IMG/VR virus record: IMGVR_UViG_3300043468_001414
Coordinates: 32,664 to 96,663 of that record
Origin: a virus
DNA length: 64,000 nt
Reading direction: 5' to 3' (one strand)
The notes beneath the pieces are model-generated. The model was not told the DNA's origin. It saw nothing but the letters and a program-made list of their open reading frames with translations, and did not search any database. Made by a program: the position numbers and the translations under genes. Below, piece by piece: positions 38,379 to 47,510 of the stretch. How positions within the stretch are numbered: the stretch's first letter is position 1; each line of letters opens with the position of its first letter.

Positions 38379-38657
38379 TCACGTGAATAGATTCGTGCAA
38401 TCCTCCAACTCTTTTAAAGCGCCAACTTGAAAAGAAATGCCAAGCTCGCTTTCGGCTGCTGCGATGGCAGCGCGAACATCCGCAACAGGAACATAGCAAT
38501 CAATGTGGCCGCCGGAGACATTGAACATTCCATTATTATCCTGCCACGCGTAGAGGGTTCCGTCGGCGTAGAAGTCCGCGCCGCAATCATTGATTTCGAT
38601 TGAGACGCCTGCGGGGAAATTGGCTTTGTGATCTGCGTGGATTTTTGTGATTTTCAT
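38379..38657 (-). CDS. Hypothetical protein
   Basis: Coupled ORF in the early block. Confidence 0.5.
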   Translation of the reverse strand: MKITKIHADHKANFPAGVSIEINDCGADFYADGTLYAWQDNNGMFNVSGGHIDCYVPVADVRAAIAAAESELGISFQVGALKELEDCTNLFT

Positions 38658-38715
38658 ATCCGGCAGTATCCTTCGCCTTCGCCGGTGAGTTGGAGTGATG
38701 GGGTGAGTTGGTGGG

Positions 38716-39186
38716 TCATAGCGATTTGATTTTCTCTAGCGCGCGGGTGGTGCTTTCGATTGAGGCATCTTCAAAGTATTTTTTTACTTTTTTGAATGGG
38801 GGTTTTTCTTTGAACAGTTTCTCAAAGGCGTCAATGTCCTTTTCCGTGAGTTTGATCGTGTAGGCGATTCGGACTTTCATGGTTTTTTTTATGGTTTTTG
38901 GGGTGAGCAGTTTGATTTTAATGAGCCCGGAAGCCACAGCGTATCGGGTGATGTCGGCGGTGTTTCTGAGGTTTAATTTCTGCATGGCATTCTGCCGATG
39001 CTTTTCCACGGTTTTGATGCTGATTTGTAGAGTGTCTCCGATTTGCTTATTCAAGAGGCCAAGGGCAATCAGGCGAATGACCTCCCCCTCCCTGTAAGTT
39101 TCCTCGGTTGTCGCGGCTTTCTTTTTTGTTTTTGCCGTGACAGCGTAAGTAAGCGCGATGGGGCCTTCGCGTTCAATTCGTTTCAT
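38716..39186 (-). CDS. LuxR/NarL-type HTH regulator without receiver domain
   Basis: T.RE.EVIRLIA.G..NKQI...L.ISIKTVEKHR...M.KL. Confidence 0.85.
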   Translation of the reverse strand: MKRIEREGPIALTYAVTAKTKKKAATTEETYREGEVIRLIALGLLNKQIGDTLQISIKTVEKHRQNAMQKLNLRNTADITRYAVASGLIKIKLLTPKTIKKTMKVRIAYTIKLTEKDIDAFEKLFKEKPPFKKVKKYFEDASIESTTRALEKIKSL

Positions 39187-39608
39187 GTCTCGTGGTAGTA
39201 TGTGAAGCCTGTGAACTCTTTAGATGCATTTGAATTAAATTCAACTAAGGTGCCGTTCTCTTTCATGTTTGTGTCCATAACAATGTCGTGTGGGGCGCTG
39301 ACTGAATAGTGGCGCTTTATTAGATGCTCAAAATAAAGCGCTTTCTCGTTAGAAACAGGGAATGTTTCATTGTCTATTTCTTCTTGAATGCAGGGAGGGA
39401 TTGCTACATGTAGACCGCTGTATTGTTGGCGAGCTTCGATAGGGTATTGATTTAAGTCAATTGCTCCGCTACCATTTGCGGCGTCGTCTTCGATTCGCTT
39501 TTTAATGGATTCTGGGGTCCTGTTAGTTTCTCCTAAAATTTCGTCTAAGCTGTTCCATGTGTCTTTGGCGAATTTTATTTCTTCTTCTGATTTGGCTTGT
39601 TTTTTCAT
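39183..39608 (-). CDS. Hypothetical protein
   Basis: ATGA-coupled. Confidence 0.55.
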   Translation of the reverse strand: MKKQAKSEEEIKFAKDTWNSLDEILGETNRTPESIKKRIEDDAANGSGAIDLNQYPIEARQQYSGLHVAIPPCIQEEIDNETFPVSNEKALYFEHLIKRHYSVSAPHDIVMDTNMKENGTLVEFNSNASKEFTGFTYYHET

Positions 39609-41581
39609 TTCTTCTTTTTGTTAATGGTTTTGAGGTTGGTGATGCGTGACTTCAGTGTGGAGGCTGTGATTTTTTTGTAGGTTTTGGATTTGAGGTGTTT
39701 GCGCTGCACATCCACGGTGAATTGCGTGGGGGATGGTGTTTTGATGTTGGCTACTGCGCTGGACATTTCGTTGGCGTCTGGGCCGTTGGTGGGGTGATGT
39801 TCCGAGAATTGCTGGTAGGCATGGCTGAGTTGCCGCGCAAGGGTTTGATCCCATTGGTCGATGAGGTTTTGCTCATCGATGCTTTGAATGCCAGGCTTGA
39901 AAATACGGATCGCTTCGCTGAGGAGCCATTCCATATTGATGTCTGGGTCTGGGTCTGCGAATAGCCTGCCGTCAATGGCAAGATTGGAGGACTCGCCTTT
40001 CTCTGTGAAGATTTCTTGCAGGTTCTGATCGATCGATCCTTCCAAGGTGATTGGGTAAATGGTCACGGGCTTCGGGCTATTGATCCGCCACACGCGATGG
40101 ATGAACTGCTCGTTCTCGTCGTAGGCGTAGGAGAGCGCTGGCAAGATGAGGTGCGAGCAATTTTCGAAGCTGTGACCCTCCCCCATCGCCTTCAGCCCTG
40201 CTACGAGGACGGCGTGCTTGCGTTGCTTGAACTCGTCGGCGAGGAGTCCGCGTTGTTCTGGGGAGGTATCGCCATCGAGGAGCACAGCGCCTACTTCAGC
40301 TTCTTGAAGCTTGGAGTAAAGAGCGTGGCTGAAGTCGCGAAACGGGGATCCGATAACGACTTGGTTGCCGTTTGCGAGGCATTCCCGAACGATCTGGAGC
40401 GTGGCAAAGAGCTTGGGCGTCCAGTCCGTCCAAGATCGCTTGGGGCCTTTGCCCAGGGTGATCGAGTCAGCGAGGTTTTGGGAGTGGGGGCAGAGGGCGG
40501 CGAGCCTGAGATTGTTGATCTGCATCCCGACTTGGGTGCGCCGGTGGGCTGGTTTGGCTCCCGGTTTTTTGCCGCAGATCGGCGGGTTTGTGAGGTGGTG
40601 TTTGTAGACGGCGAGTTGAGCTGTTCCTGGGCTGACGATGATAGGTGTCACTGTTTTTTTCATGATTTCCTCGCCGCAGTCTGCTTTTCTACGGCGAATA
40701 ATTACGGGTGCAAGTGTTTTCCATAAGCGATGAACCGAGCAGATTCGGTTCGAGCGCTTGGTGATGGTGCGGGATTCGCCGCGCGCGGCGGCGAGGGTCT
40801 CGCGGGTGAGGTAGCGTTCTTTTTGGAGGAAGGTATTTGCGAACCGCTCGCGCGCGGCCTCAGTGCAGGCGTAGGGCCAGCGCCCAGTGTGTCCCGTAGC
40901 CCACGCACACAGCCAGAAGATGGATTCCAGCCGATTCTTGATTGGGGTGCCGGTGAGGACAAGGCGCAGCTTGGGCTGCAAGATGCGCACGCTGGCGCCG
41001 ATGCGGGACTCTGTGGCTTGTAGGCGAGTGCCCTCATCCACGACGACACAATCAAAGGATTGGTAGGCTTCCGCGAGTCGAGCCAATGTGGGTGTCCAGA
41101 TACAGGTGATGCCGTTGGGGGCCTCGCCAAGAGTCTTGCCGCAGTCGGGGTCGTAGCGCACTTTATGGCGCGCGCACCACAGCTTGCGCCGCTTCAGCAG
41201 TATCTTGTTGGGCTTTGGGCTGCCCTTGTGGCCGAAGCTGTCGTTCCACTCGTCGGCTTCATTCACGCCCAAGGCCGTGTAGGTTGTCAGATAAAATCGC
41301 GGCGGCCCTGTCGCGGGGGCGGGCTTGTGGAGTTGGTGGCTGAAGAAGTCCTCCTTGCACTTGATGGGATTCAGGCACACATTAAAAAACTTCGCCGCGC
41401 TGATCGAGAGCTGGCGATGCAAGGAGCCAGGGGCCACCAGCAGGGTGCGCCGTGCTTTCTTGGCGAGCGGCCAAGCGATTGCGGCGAGGCTCTTGCCCAT
41501 GCCAGGCTCCCACGCGATGATCGCACCGTCTTGTAAAGCGGCGCGCGCGAGGTCTTCGACTTGGAATGGTTTAAGTGTCAT
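39605..41581 (-). CDS. SNF2-family helicase
   Basis: WEPGMGKS, VVVDEG, LTGTPIKN, GEG, Q..HR.WR. Confidence 0.9.
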   Translation of the reverse strand: MTLKPFQVEDLARAALQDGAIIAWEPGMGKSLAAIAWPLAKKARRTLLVAPGSLHRQLSISAAKFFNVCLNPIKCKEDFFSHQLHKPAPATGPPRFYLTTYTALGVNEADEWNDSFGHKGSPKPNKILLKRRKLWCARHKVRYDPDCGKTLGEAPNGITCIWTPTLARLAEAYQSFDCVVVDEGTRLQATESRIGASVRILQPKLRLVLTGTPIKNRLESIFWLCAWATGHTGRWPYACTEAARERFANTFLQKERYLTRETLAAARGESRTITKRSNRICSVHRLWKTLAPVIIRRRKADCGEEIMKKTVTPIIVSPGTAQLAVYKHHLTNPPICGKKPGAKPAHRRTQVGMQINNLRLAALCPHSQNLADSITLGKGPKRSWTDWTPKLFATLQIVRECLANGNQVVIGSPFRDFSHALYSKLQEAEVGAVLLDGDTSPEQRGLLADEFKQRKHAVLVAGLKAMGEGHSFENCSHLILPALSYAYDENEQFIHRVWRINSPKPVTIYPITLEGSIDQNLQEIFTEKGESSNLAIDGRLFADPDPDINMEWLLSEAIRIFKPGIQSIDEQNLIDQWDQTLARQLSHAYQQFSEHHPTNGPDANEMSSAVANIKTPSPTQFTVDVQRKHLKSKTYKKITASTLKSRITNLKTINKKKK

Positions 41582-41754
41582 TGTGTGTTTTTGTGGGGGG
41601 AATTAAGCTTCTGGATTACAAGCGGGAAATATGCTAATGATTTTAATTCCGTGTAGTTTGCATTTTAATTCTACTTCTGGCAGATCTGTGGAATGAATAA
41701 TTTCATCCCAAACGCGCCCCGTCTCTGTGGATTGCATTTTTACTTCGAGCATGA

Positions 41755-42219
41755 CTACAGGTTAGCTTCAAGGTAACGAAGAAACTCCCTACCTTCTTTT
41801 GGTGATCGAACCCATGCCCGATCATATATCGCGCCTTGGTTTCCTTTATCTGCTCTGCGTCCTTCTAAATCTTGTTCCAGATAATAGACAGAACCATCTT
41901 CTTTCACCTCATGGGTTGTGTTGTAAGAAAGCATATCCTCGAAATCCGATCCAAAATCTTTCTTGTCGATGATGACTGCTGAATATGCTTTCGTTCCACA
42001 TAGAGAACGAATGTTGTATTCAATCACATACTCATTGAAATTGGAATAAAATCTTTCTTCAAGATGAGTTGCGAAATCGTGCATATCGGTATCATCCATC
42101 CAAGACTCTAAAAGGTCTGGAAGTTCGGTGACATCGAAATGTTTTGCAATTCGATTATACTTTTCAATTATTTTATGATTGTGTCCCTTGTCTCCTGTAA
42201 ATGACATATTAGTTTTCAT
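41755..42219 (-). CDS. Hypothetical protein (AT-rich)
   Basis: 154-aa ORF. Confidence 0.55.
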   Translation of the reverse strand: MKTNMSFTGDKGHNHKIIEKYNRIAKHFDVTELPDLLESWMDDTDMHDFATHLEERFYSNFNEYVIEYNIRSLCGTKAYSAVIIDKKDFGSDFEDMLSYNTTHEVKEDGSVYYLEQDLEGRRADKGNQGAIYDRAWVRSPKEGREFLRYLEANL

Positions 42220-42291
42220 TTGATTGCTTTCTTTAAGAGGTTAATTGTTAGCTGTTTGGTGGGTTGAAACGAAAATGCCTTTGCTTTGCAT

Positions 42292-42648
42292 TTAGAGTGT
42301 AAGGGTTGTCCCATCCTCGAAGGCGACTAATCCGTTTTTGAAGCTTGCGGAGCCGTTGATTTTTCGGAGGATGGTGAGTTTATCTTGCGGTGTCATGGGG
42401 TGCCCTGTGATTCGGTAGAACTGGGCGTTCGACAGCTTTAAATCACCGAGTTCAAAGTGCTGCCCATTGACTTCGTGGGTGACATGCCCGTAGGCTTTCT
42501 GATTATCGTGGTCGTAACAGAGCCTTACGATAATGGAATGTTCGTTGGCGACAGAATTACTGGCGGGGTCGTCAAAGCTCGGAAGCTCGTGGTAAAGTTC
42601 GTAGTCGGTGTATTCGGAGTCGTCGTTAATTTTAGTTGGTTGTGTCAT
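42292..42648 (-). CDS. Hypothetical protein
   Basis: 118-aa ORF. Confidence 0.5.
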   Translation of the reverse strand: MTQPTKINDDSEYTDYELYHELPSFDDPASNSVANEHSIIVRLCYDHDNQKAYGHVTHEVNGQHFELGDLKLSNAQFYRITGHPMTPQDKLTILRKINGSASFKNGLVAFEDGTTLTL

Positions 42649-42841
42649 TTTTTAAATCCTTTCCAAGGCACTGGGCATTCATACGCATTTAAATAATCTC
42701 TCACTGCTGAGGAGATTGTTTCTCCAGTAAATGAGGTTTGTCGGATTTCCTTGCAGGTTTCATTGGTGAAAGTGAACCCGAGCATAGATGCGTATTTAAT
42801 TAATTTTTGATTGGAGAGGTTTGTTGATCGTCCAGGTCTTT

Positions 42842-43615
42842 TCATTGGCTTAGTATTTTCCATGCGATTGTTGCCACTGCTGGAACTTGTCCGTTGCCGC
42901 AGCACGATAGTCTGTCCATCCCAGCGGCATCCCGATCATCCACTCCCAGAAGAGAGGATTCAATCGGCCATCCTGCACTCCACGCTCCTGCGCCAGAAAC
43001 GAGACCTGTTCGGCTAAATTCCCGTTTGGGTGTTTGCGGTAGCGCCCTGCCAGAGAACTGGCTCGGAATGAATATCTTTTCTTGCCATCCGATGCACTCG
43101 GAGTCAGCAAGAAGAAATACTCTTTCGCGGTGGTGCGGGGCACCAAGGGAGGAAGCTGGAAAGACTCCCCAGCGAGCACCATACCCCATCTCGGCCAAGT
43201 CCCCGAGAAGGTATCCCAGCCATCCATCAAGGAGAGCTGTGACATTTTCCACGAAGACGAAGCGGGGTCGTATTTCGCGAACGATCCTTGCCATTTCGGA
43301 CCACAATCCCGAGCGTTCCCCATCCAATCCATCGGCCACATACTTGCCGCCGCTGTCGTGGGTTTTTGCTCGGGATAGGTCTTGGCAAGGGAAACCTCCA
43401 GATACCACTTGAGCAATTCCTCGCCATGGGGTTCCGTCAAATGTGCGCACATCATCCCAGACGGGAAACGGCTCCAGGCATCCGTCATTTTGACGGGACA
43501 CAAGAACGCTTGCGGCATAGGGGTCGCGCTCGACGGCACAAACGGTGCGCCATCCGAGGAGGGTGCTGCCGAGTATGCCTCCGCCAGCGCCCGCGAAAAG
43601 AGCCAACTCATTCAC
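42842..43615 (-). CDS. C5 DNA cytosine methyltransferase (alpha-type chain lacking motif IX)
   Basis: LFAGAGG, GGFPCQD, ENV, HHRERVF, GNGQV. Confidence 0.9.
   Translation of the reverse strand: MNELALFAGAGGGILGSTLLGWRTVCAVERDPYAASVLVSRQNDGCLEPFPVWDDVRTFDGTPWRGIAQVVSGGFPCQDLSRAKTHDSGGKYVADGLDGERSGLWSEMARIVREIRPRFVFVENVTALLDGWLGYLLGDLAEMGYGARWGVFPASSLGAPHHRERVFLLADSECIGWQEKIFIPSQFSGRALPQTPKREFSRTGLVSGAGAWSAGWPIESSLLGVDDRDAAGMDRLSCCGNGQVPAVATIAWKILSQ
42850..43611 (-). CDS. Alternative-frame ORF carrying MTase motif IX (putative beta chain)
   Basis: 253 codons open in a second frame; GRLNPLFWEWMIGMPLGWT. Confidence 0.55.
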   Translation of the reverse strand: MSWLFSRALAEAYSAAPSSDGAPFVPSSATPMPQAFLCPVKMTDAWSRFPSGMMCAHLTEPHGEELLKWYLEVSLAKTYPEQKPTTAAASMWPMDWMGNARDCGPKWQGSFAKYDPASSSWKMSQLSLMDGWDTFSGTWPRWGMVLAGESFQLPPLVPRTTAKEYFFLLTPSASDGKKRYSFRASSLAGRYRKHPNGNLAEQVSFLAQERGVQDGRLNPLFWEWMIGMPLGWTDYRAAATDKFQQWQQSHGKY

Positions 43616-43617
43616 TT

Positions 43618-43950
43618 TCAGCGTAGCGCGGCCTCCAGCGTGCGAACAAACGAATCTATGTCTTTATTCGTTATATTGTATTCATTTAGGTAGGACTGAG
43701 CTTCTTTCAGCGCAAGCAGTTCGGCTTTGGCTTGCGTTTTTACTGCTTGGTCAACGGATGGGCCGTAACACATGCCGTGCGTGGGAGCGTTAATATCCAG
43801 CCCCCAGTGGAACCCGGCTTTTGACTTGGCAAATCTGGCTTTCACGCTGACTTGCTTGGTTTTCATCACCCAATGCTCTTGGGCGTCTGTGAAGACGCCG
43901 TGCTCGTTTGGGGTTTGCTTGGGTGCGGGTGGGAATAAGGATAGGCTCAT
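43618..43950 (-). CDS. Hypothetical protein
   Basis: PNEHGVF motif; coupled ORF. Confidence 0.5.
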   Translation of the reverse strand: MSLSLFPPAPKQTPNEHGVFTDAQEHWVMKTKQVSVKARFAKSKAGFHWGLDINAPTHGMCYGPSVDQAVKTQAKAELLALKEAQSYLNEYNITNKDIDSFVRTLEAALR

Positions 43951-44162
43951 AAGTGTTCGGTAGGTTTGGCCCATGGCCAGTAGATGATTTTGCCGAGTCC
44001 GAGTGAGTCGGTTCGGCAACCTTCGTCGGGGAGGTCGTGCCCGTTGTCGTCTTGGTCTAAGGAGACGGCTACGCATTCGCGGCCATACATTCCTCTGCCG
44101 GAGTAGCGCTCTGGCTCCCTCCCTGTGTCGGTAATAGTTTCGATGAGTTCTTCTGCGCTCAT
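43947..44162 (-). CDS. Hypothetical protein
   Basis: YSGRGMYGREC..D.LG...I.YWP conserved phage motif. Confidence 0.65.
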   Translation of the reverse strand: MSAEELIETITDTGREPERYSGRGMYGRECVAVSLDQDDNGHDLPDEGCRTDSLGLGKIIYWPWAKPTEHL

Positions 44163-44833
44163 TTCCTTCCTTTCGTTTTGATTTGCACTCCGATAGGGCA
44201 GGCCAGATCCACGGCTCGGTTTTCCTCGACGGAGAGCGCGATGTGCCGCGCTTCGTGGAAGTCGGGGGTTGGCTTGATGACGGCTTTCGCGGTTAATGCC
44301 TCATTGCAGTTGTATTTGGCAAAGAGGGCTTGGATAGCTTCGATGAGTTCTTCTGCGCTATCGGCTGGGATTTTGTCGCCATCGATCTTTAGCTCAAAGG
44401 ATTGTCGGAAAAACTGAGCGGTTCGATCGGGGCCGATCGCTTCGATCAGAGGGGTCTCGTCGGTCAGTGCCGAGTATTTGGAGGTGAAAGTCACTAAGAC
44501 CTTCTCCTCTGGATTCATTCCAGTAGCCTCCACGCTGCTCAGGATGTCGTGCTTCCCGTGGAAATGCTCAAAGTAAAACCCCTGCGCGAGGGCGCGGAGT
44601 TCTGATTTTTTGGCATTGAGGCTTGCTCCCAGGGCCTCCATCTCCCGTGACTCCGAGAGGATGTCGCTGGTGAGCATGGCGGCATCGCCCGATGGGTCGG
44701 GCAGCGCGGGGTATGCGGTGGATTGCTTGTCTTTCTTGATGGCGATGCCGCCAAGATTGATTTTCTTAATGCCTGCCGAGGCAGGCGCGTGTGCGGCTTT
44801 TGGGGCCGACTTGGGTTTGGTTGCGGTTTTCAT
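44159..44833 (-). CDS. Hypothetical protein
   Basis: ATGA-coupled, 224 aa. Confidence 0.6.
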   Translation of the reverse strand: MKTATKPKSAPKAAHAPASAGIKKINLGGIAIKKDKQSTAYPALPDPSGDAAMLTSDILSESREMEALGASLNAKKSELRALAQGFYFEHFHGKHDILSSVEATGMNPEEKVLVTFTSKYSALTDETPLIEAIGPDRTAQFFRQSFELKIDGDKIPADSAEELIEAIQALFAKYNCNEALTAKAVIKPTPDFHEARHIALSVEENRAVDLACPIGVQIKTKGRK

Positions 44834-45076
44834 AATCCAAGGAACTTTTTGAATTGAGCTTTGGTGGGTTGCTCGGTGGCGATGGCGATCCACCTGCCGT
44901 CTGGGTCTCCGTAGGCGCGAAGCATGGGAAAGACGCGGGCGGCATCTATGATGTGGTTAATTTCCGTTTCCCCGATGTCCATAACTTCGAAGACATCGGC
45001 GATGGGAGATACTCGTTTTTTGGGTTTGGCTGATTGTTTGGTTGGCATGGTTTCGTTGACGGTTATGGGTTAAAGC

Positions 45077-45865
45077 ATGAAAATGATGGAGTTTCGCGCG
45101 CGTCTTTTGCGGCTTATAGAGTTTGCTCTTAAGCTCAGCCAAGCGAAGAGCTTGCTGCGGGAAATCAAAGCGCATCCATCGGTTAGCCCGTTTTTAGTAA
45201 ATGGCAGAATCCGAAGGACTACCCATGGGGCATCATCGCATTACACATCGACATTCGACGGGTTCCGAGAAAAGCTGGCGGATCCGAATCTTAGTTTTTC
45301 GACTGCTTCGCTTCCAAATTCTCGAAAGAGAAGGGACTTGCTAACTCCAGGGATCGGAATTGAGAAAAAGTCCGCGCCGAGGCGTCCTTCAAATTATCCT
45401 GTGCTTTCCGTGCTTGCTCATGAGTATGGGCATGCTTTGCAGCCTGGAGTGCAGGATGTATTGAATAAGAAAATAGGCAGGATCAAGGCTGCCCGAGATT
45501 CCGTTGCTCAGAAAGTGTTCCCGAAAGACGGGGGGCTTGGATTAGCAAAAATAGTGGCGCGGGGTGAGGATGCTCGGGAACGCGCAAGTATTGCGGTTAG
45601 GCTTACTGCGGAAAGGGACGCCACGCTGAGAGGGGCTGGGGCTTTGAAACGAGCGGGAGCTGGGCCAAAAGAAATTGGGGAATATTTTGCGGATATTTCA
45701 GACGCTAAGGGGAAAGTCCCTTTGGATGATTTGATGCACCATAGTTATCAGAGCATGTATGCATCCGCGAAGGCTGCCGATCCAAAGGTGCGGCGCGGCG
45801 GTCGGCGACTTACTTCGCCATTGTTCTCGGGGTCGATGTCTTCGTTTCAGCCTAAGGGCCGCTAG
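45077..45865 (+). CDS. Zincin-like (HExxH) basic protein, lone + strand gene
   Basis: VLAHEYGHALQ plus downstream E.DA..RG; TTGAC 21 nt upstream. Confidence 0.6.
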   Translation: MKMMEFRARLLRLIEFALKLSQAKSLLREIKAHPSVSPFLVNGRIRRTTHGASSHYTSTFDGFREKLADPNLSFSTASLPNSRKRRDLLTPGIGIEKKSAPRRPSNYPVLSVLAHEYGHALQPGVQDVLNKKIGRIKAARDSVAQKVFPKDGGLGLAKIVARGEDARERASIAVRLTAERDATLRGAGALKRAGAGPKEIGEYFADISDAKGKVPLDDLMHHSYQSMYASAKAADPKVRRGGRRLTSPLFSGSMSSFQPKGR

Positions 45866-46100
45866 GGCAAGGGTCTTGATTAACTATAAATTCATTTAGT
45901 TTTTCTCTCCGTTTTTTTTCAAACATTTCGTTGCTTGTTATTACGGAAAGAATCGCTTCTTCTGGCTCGCCAATTACAAGGCCGTCGCAGAGCGTTTCAT
46001 TGTTTTCCTTCGGGCCGACCCATACGGTAGTCCAACCTGCCGTATCGACGGCCCAAGTGTATTTTCCAAGTTTTCCAGTCATATTTGTGTTCATTTGGGG

Positions 46101-46820
46101 TCAGTAGCTACCTGTCTCCGCGATCCAGTTCTTGTAGCGGACGGATTTTTTGCCTTTATCCATGCCTCGTGCGAGTTTTTCAGCGACATCCGTAGGGAGT
46201 TCTTCGGGGTGCGGATCGAAAAATGGATGATCTTGGTTATCTACTTCTTCATCCACTTCCTGCCAGCCCCATCTGTGGTAGTAATCTCCTGGTGGTTGGT
46301 CGTAAAAGTCCGCATTTATTCCACATGGAACCAAGTATGTGAATTGCCAGTTTTTGCGTGATTTGGTTTTGCAGCAGTATTTTCCGACAGCATAAAGCAG
46401 GACTAGAGAGTTTCCTTCTTTGTCCCGTGATGCCTTGTCCGCAGCTTCATCAATCGCTTTGAGGATTGCATCCCAATTTTGCGTGTATGGAACCGCGCTA
46501 ATGCCCAAGCCTTCGGTGTCGAAGTCGTCGCTTACGCTGACTTGCGCGATGATACTTCCGTTGGCGCATTCCAGTTTGGTGGAGCAAATTTCTTTTTTGC
46601 AGGCAAGCCACTCGGTCTCCCATGTGTGGGAGGGGCCTTTGGCGAGGGCGTTTTTTATCGCTTGCTCGATGTTTTCGTAGAAATCACTTGCCCCCCATTT
46701 TGTTCCGTCTCCGGGCGAGGAGATTTTTTCCATAAATTCAATCTGCATATTGGCCTTGCCTTTGCAGGTGATAGACCCGTCGAAGTTTTCTTCGCCATCC
46801 AGTTCGTGGAGTTCGTTCAT
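46101..46820 (-). CDS. Hypothetical protein
   Basis: 239-aa ORF. Confidence 0.6.
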   Translation of the reverse strand: MNELHELDGEENFDGSITCKGKANMQIEFMEKISSPGDGTKWGASDFYENIEQAIKNALAKGPSHTWETEWLACKKEICSTKLECANGSIIAQVSVSDDFDTEGLGISAVPYTQNWDAILKAIDEAADKASRDKEGNSLVLLYAVGKYCCKTKSRKNWQFTYLVPCGINADFYDQPPGDYYHRWGWQEVDEEVDNQDHPFFDPHPEELPTDVAEKLARGMDKGKKSVRYKNWIAETGSY

Positions 46821-46862
46821 GATGTTTTGATCCCTGACCAGGTTGTTTCGATTATCATATTG

Positions 46863-47510
46863 TTAAAATTCCCAGCGGTGTTTGATCCAGTGGGGTGTTT
46901 CGAGGTTCGGAGAGCGGAGTTGGCGCGGGTAGGTGGAGTCGAGGCGCTTGGCGACGAAGCCTTCGAAGACTTCGGCGTTCCATTTTTTGTTGATGTGTTG
47001 GAGGCCGACCCACATATCCTCGGCATCCAGCGGCGGGTGAATGTGGAACCCAGCGTCGATCTCTTGTTCGCCGAACGAGTATTTGTCTAAGAGAAGTAGA
47101 GTGTTTTCTGCTGGCGGCGCGTGATGGGTCAAAGGTTGGGCGAGTTCGCCGTAAAATTGCCTGTGAATTTTTTCTTGTCGCTCAGAGTAGGTTGTCTTTG
47201 GGTCTCCGGGGATGTAGTCGAGCAGGACAAGGCTGCCTTTGCCAAGGGCGTGGCGGCGTTCGAAGGCTTCGCAGTCGAGCCACTCCATTTCGGGTGGCAA
47301 GTCGGCATTGCGGATCGCTTCCAGCACGGCGGTAAATTCGTGCTCGATGGAGAGGCGCTTGCCTCGGCGGTTCCACATTTTGCCGGTGGGCGCGTGGACG
47401 AGTGCCCGCCAGCCATTGACCTTGGGTTCGTAGGCCCAGGTGCCGCGTTTGGGGCGCGCGCGATGGAGCGGGCCGCCGTTCATGGGTCGGAGTGGGTAGG
47501 ATGGGATCAT
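46863..47510 (-). CDS. ATP-dependent ligase-like nucleotidyltransferase (adenylation domain only)
   Basis: YEPKVNGWR (I), LDCE (III), LLD (IIIa), EGFVAK (IV), WIK.R (V). Confidence 0.75.
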   Translation of the reverse strand: MIPSYPLRPMNGGPLHRARPKRGTWAYEPKVNGWRALVHAPTGKMWNRRGKRLSIEHEFTAVLEAIRNADLPPEMEWLDCEAFERRHALGKGSLVLLDYIPGDPKTTYSERQEKIHRQFYGELAQPLTHHAPPAENTLLLLDKYSFGEQEIDAGFHIHPPLDAEDMWVGLQHINKKWNAEVFEGFVAKRLDSTYPRQLRSPNLETPHWIKHRWEF

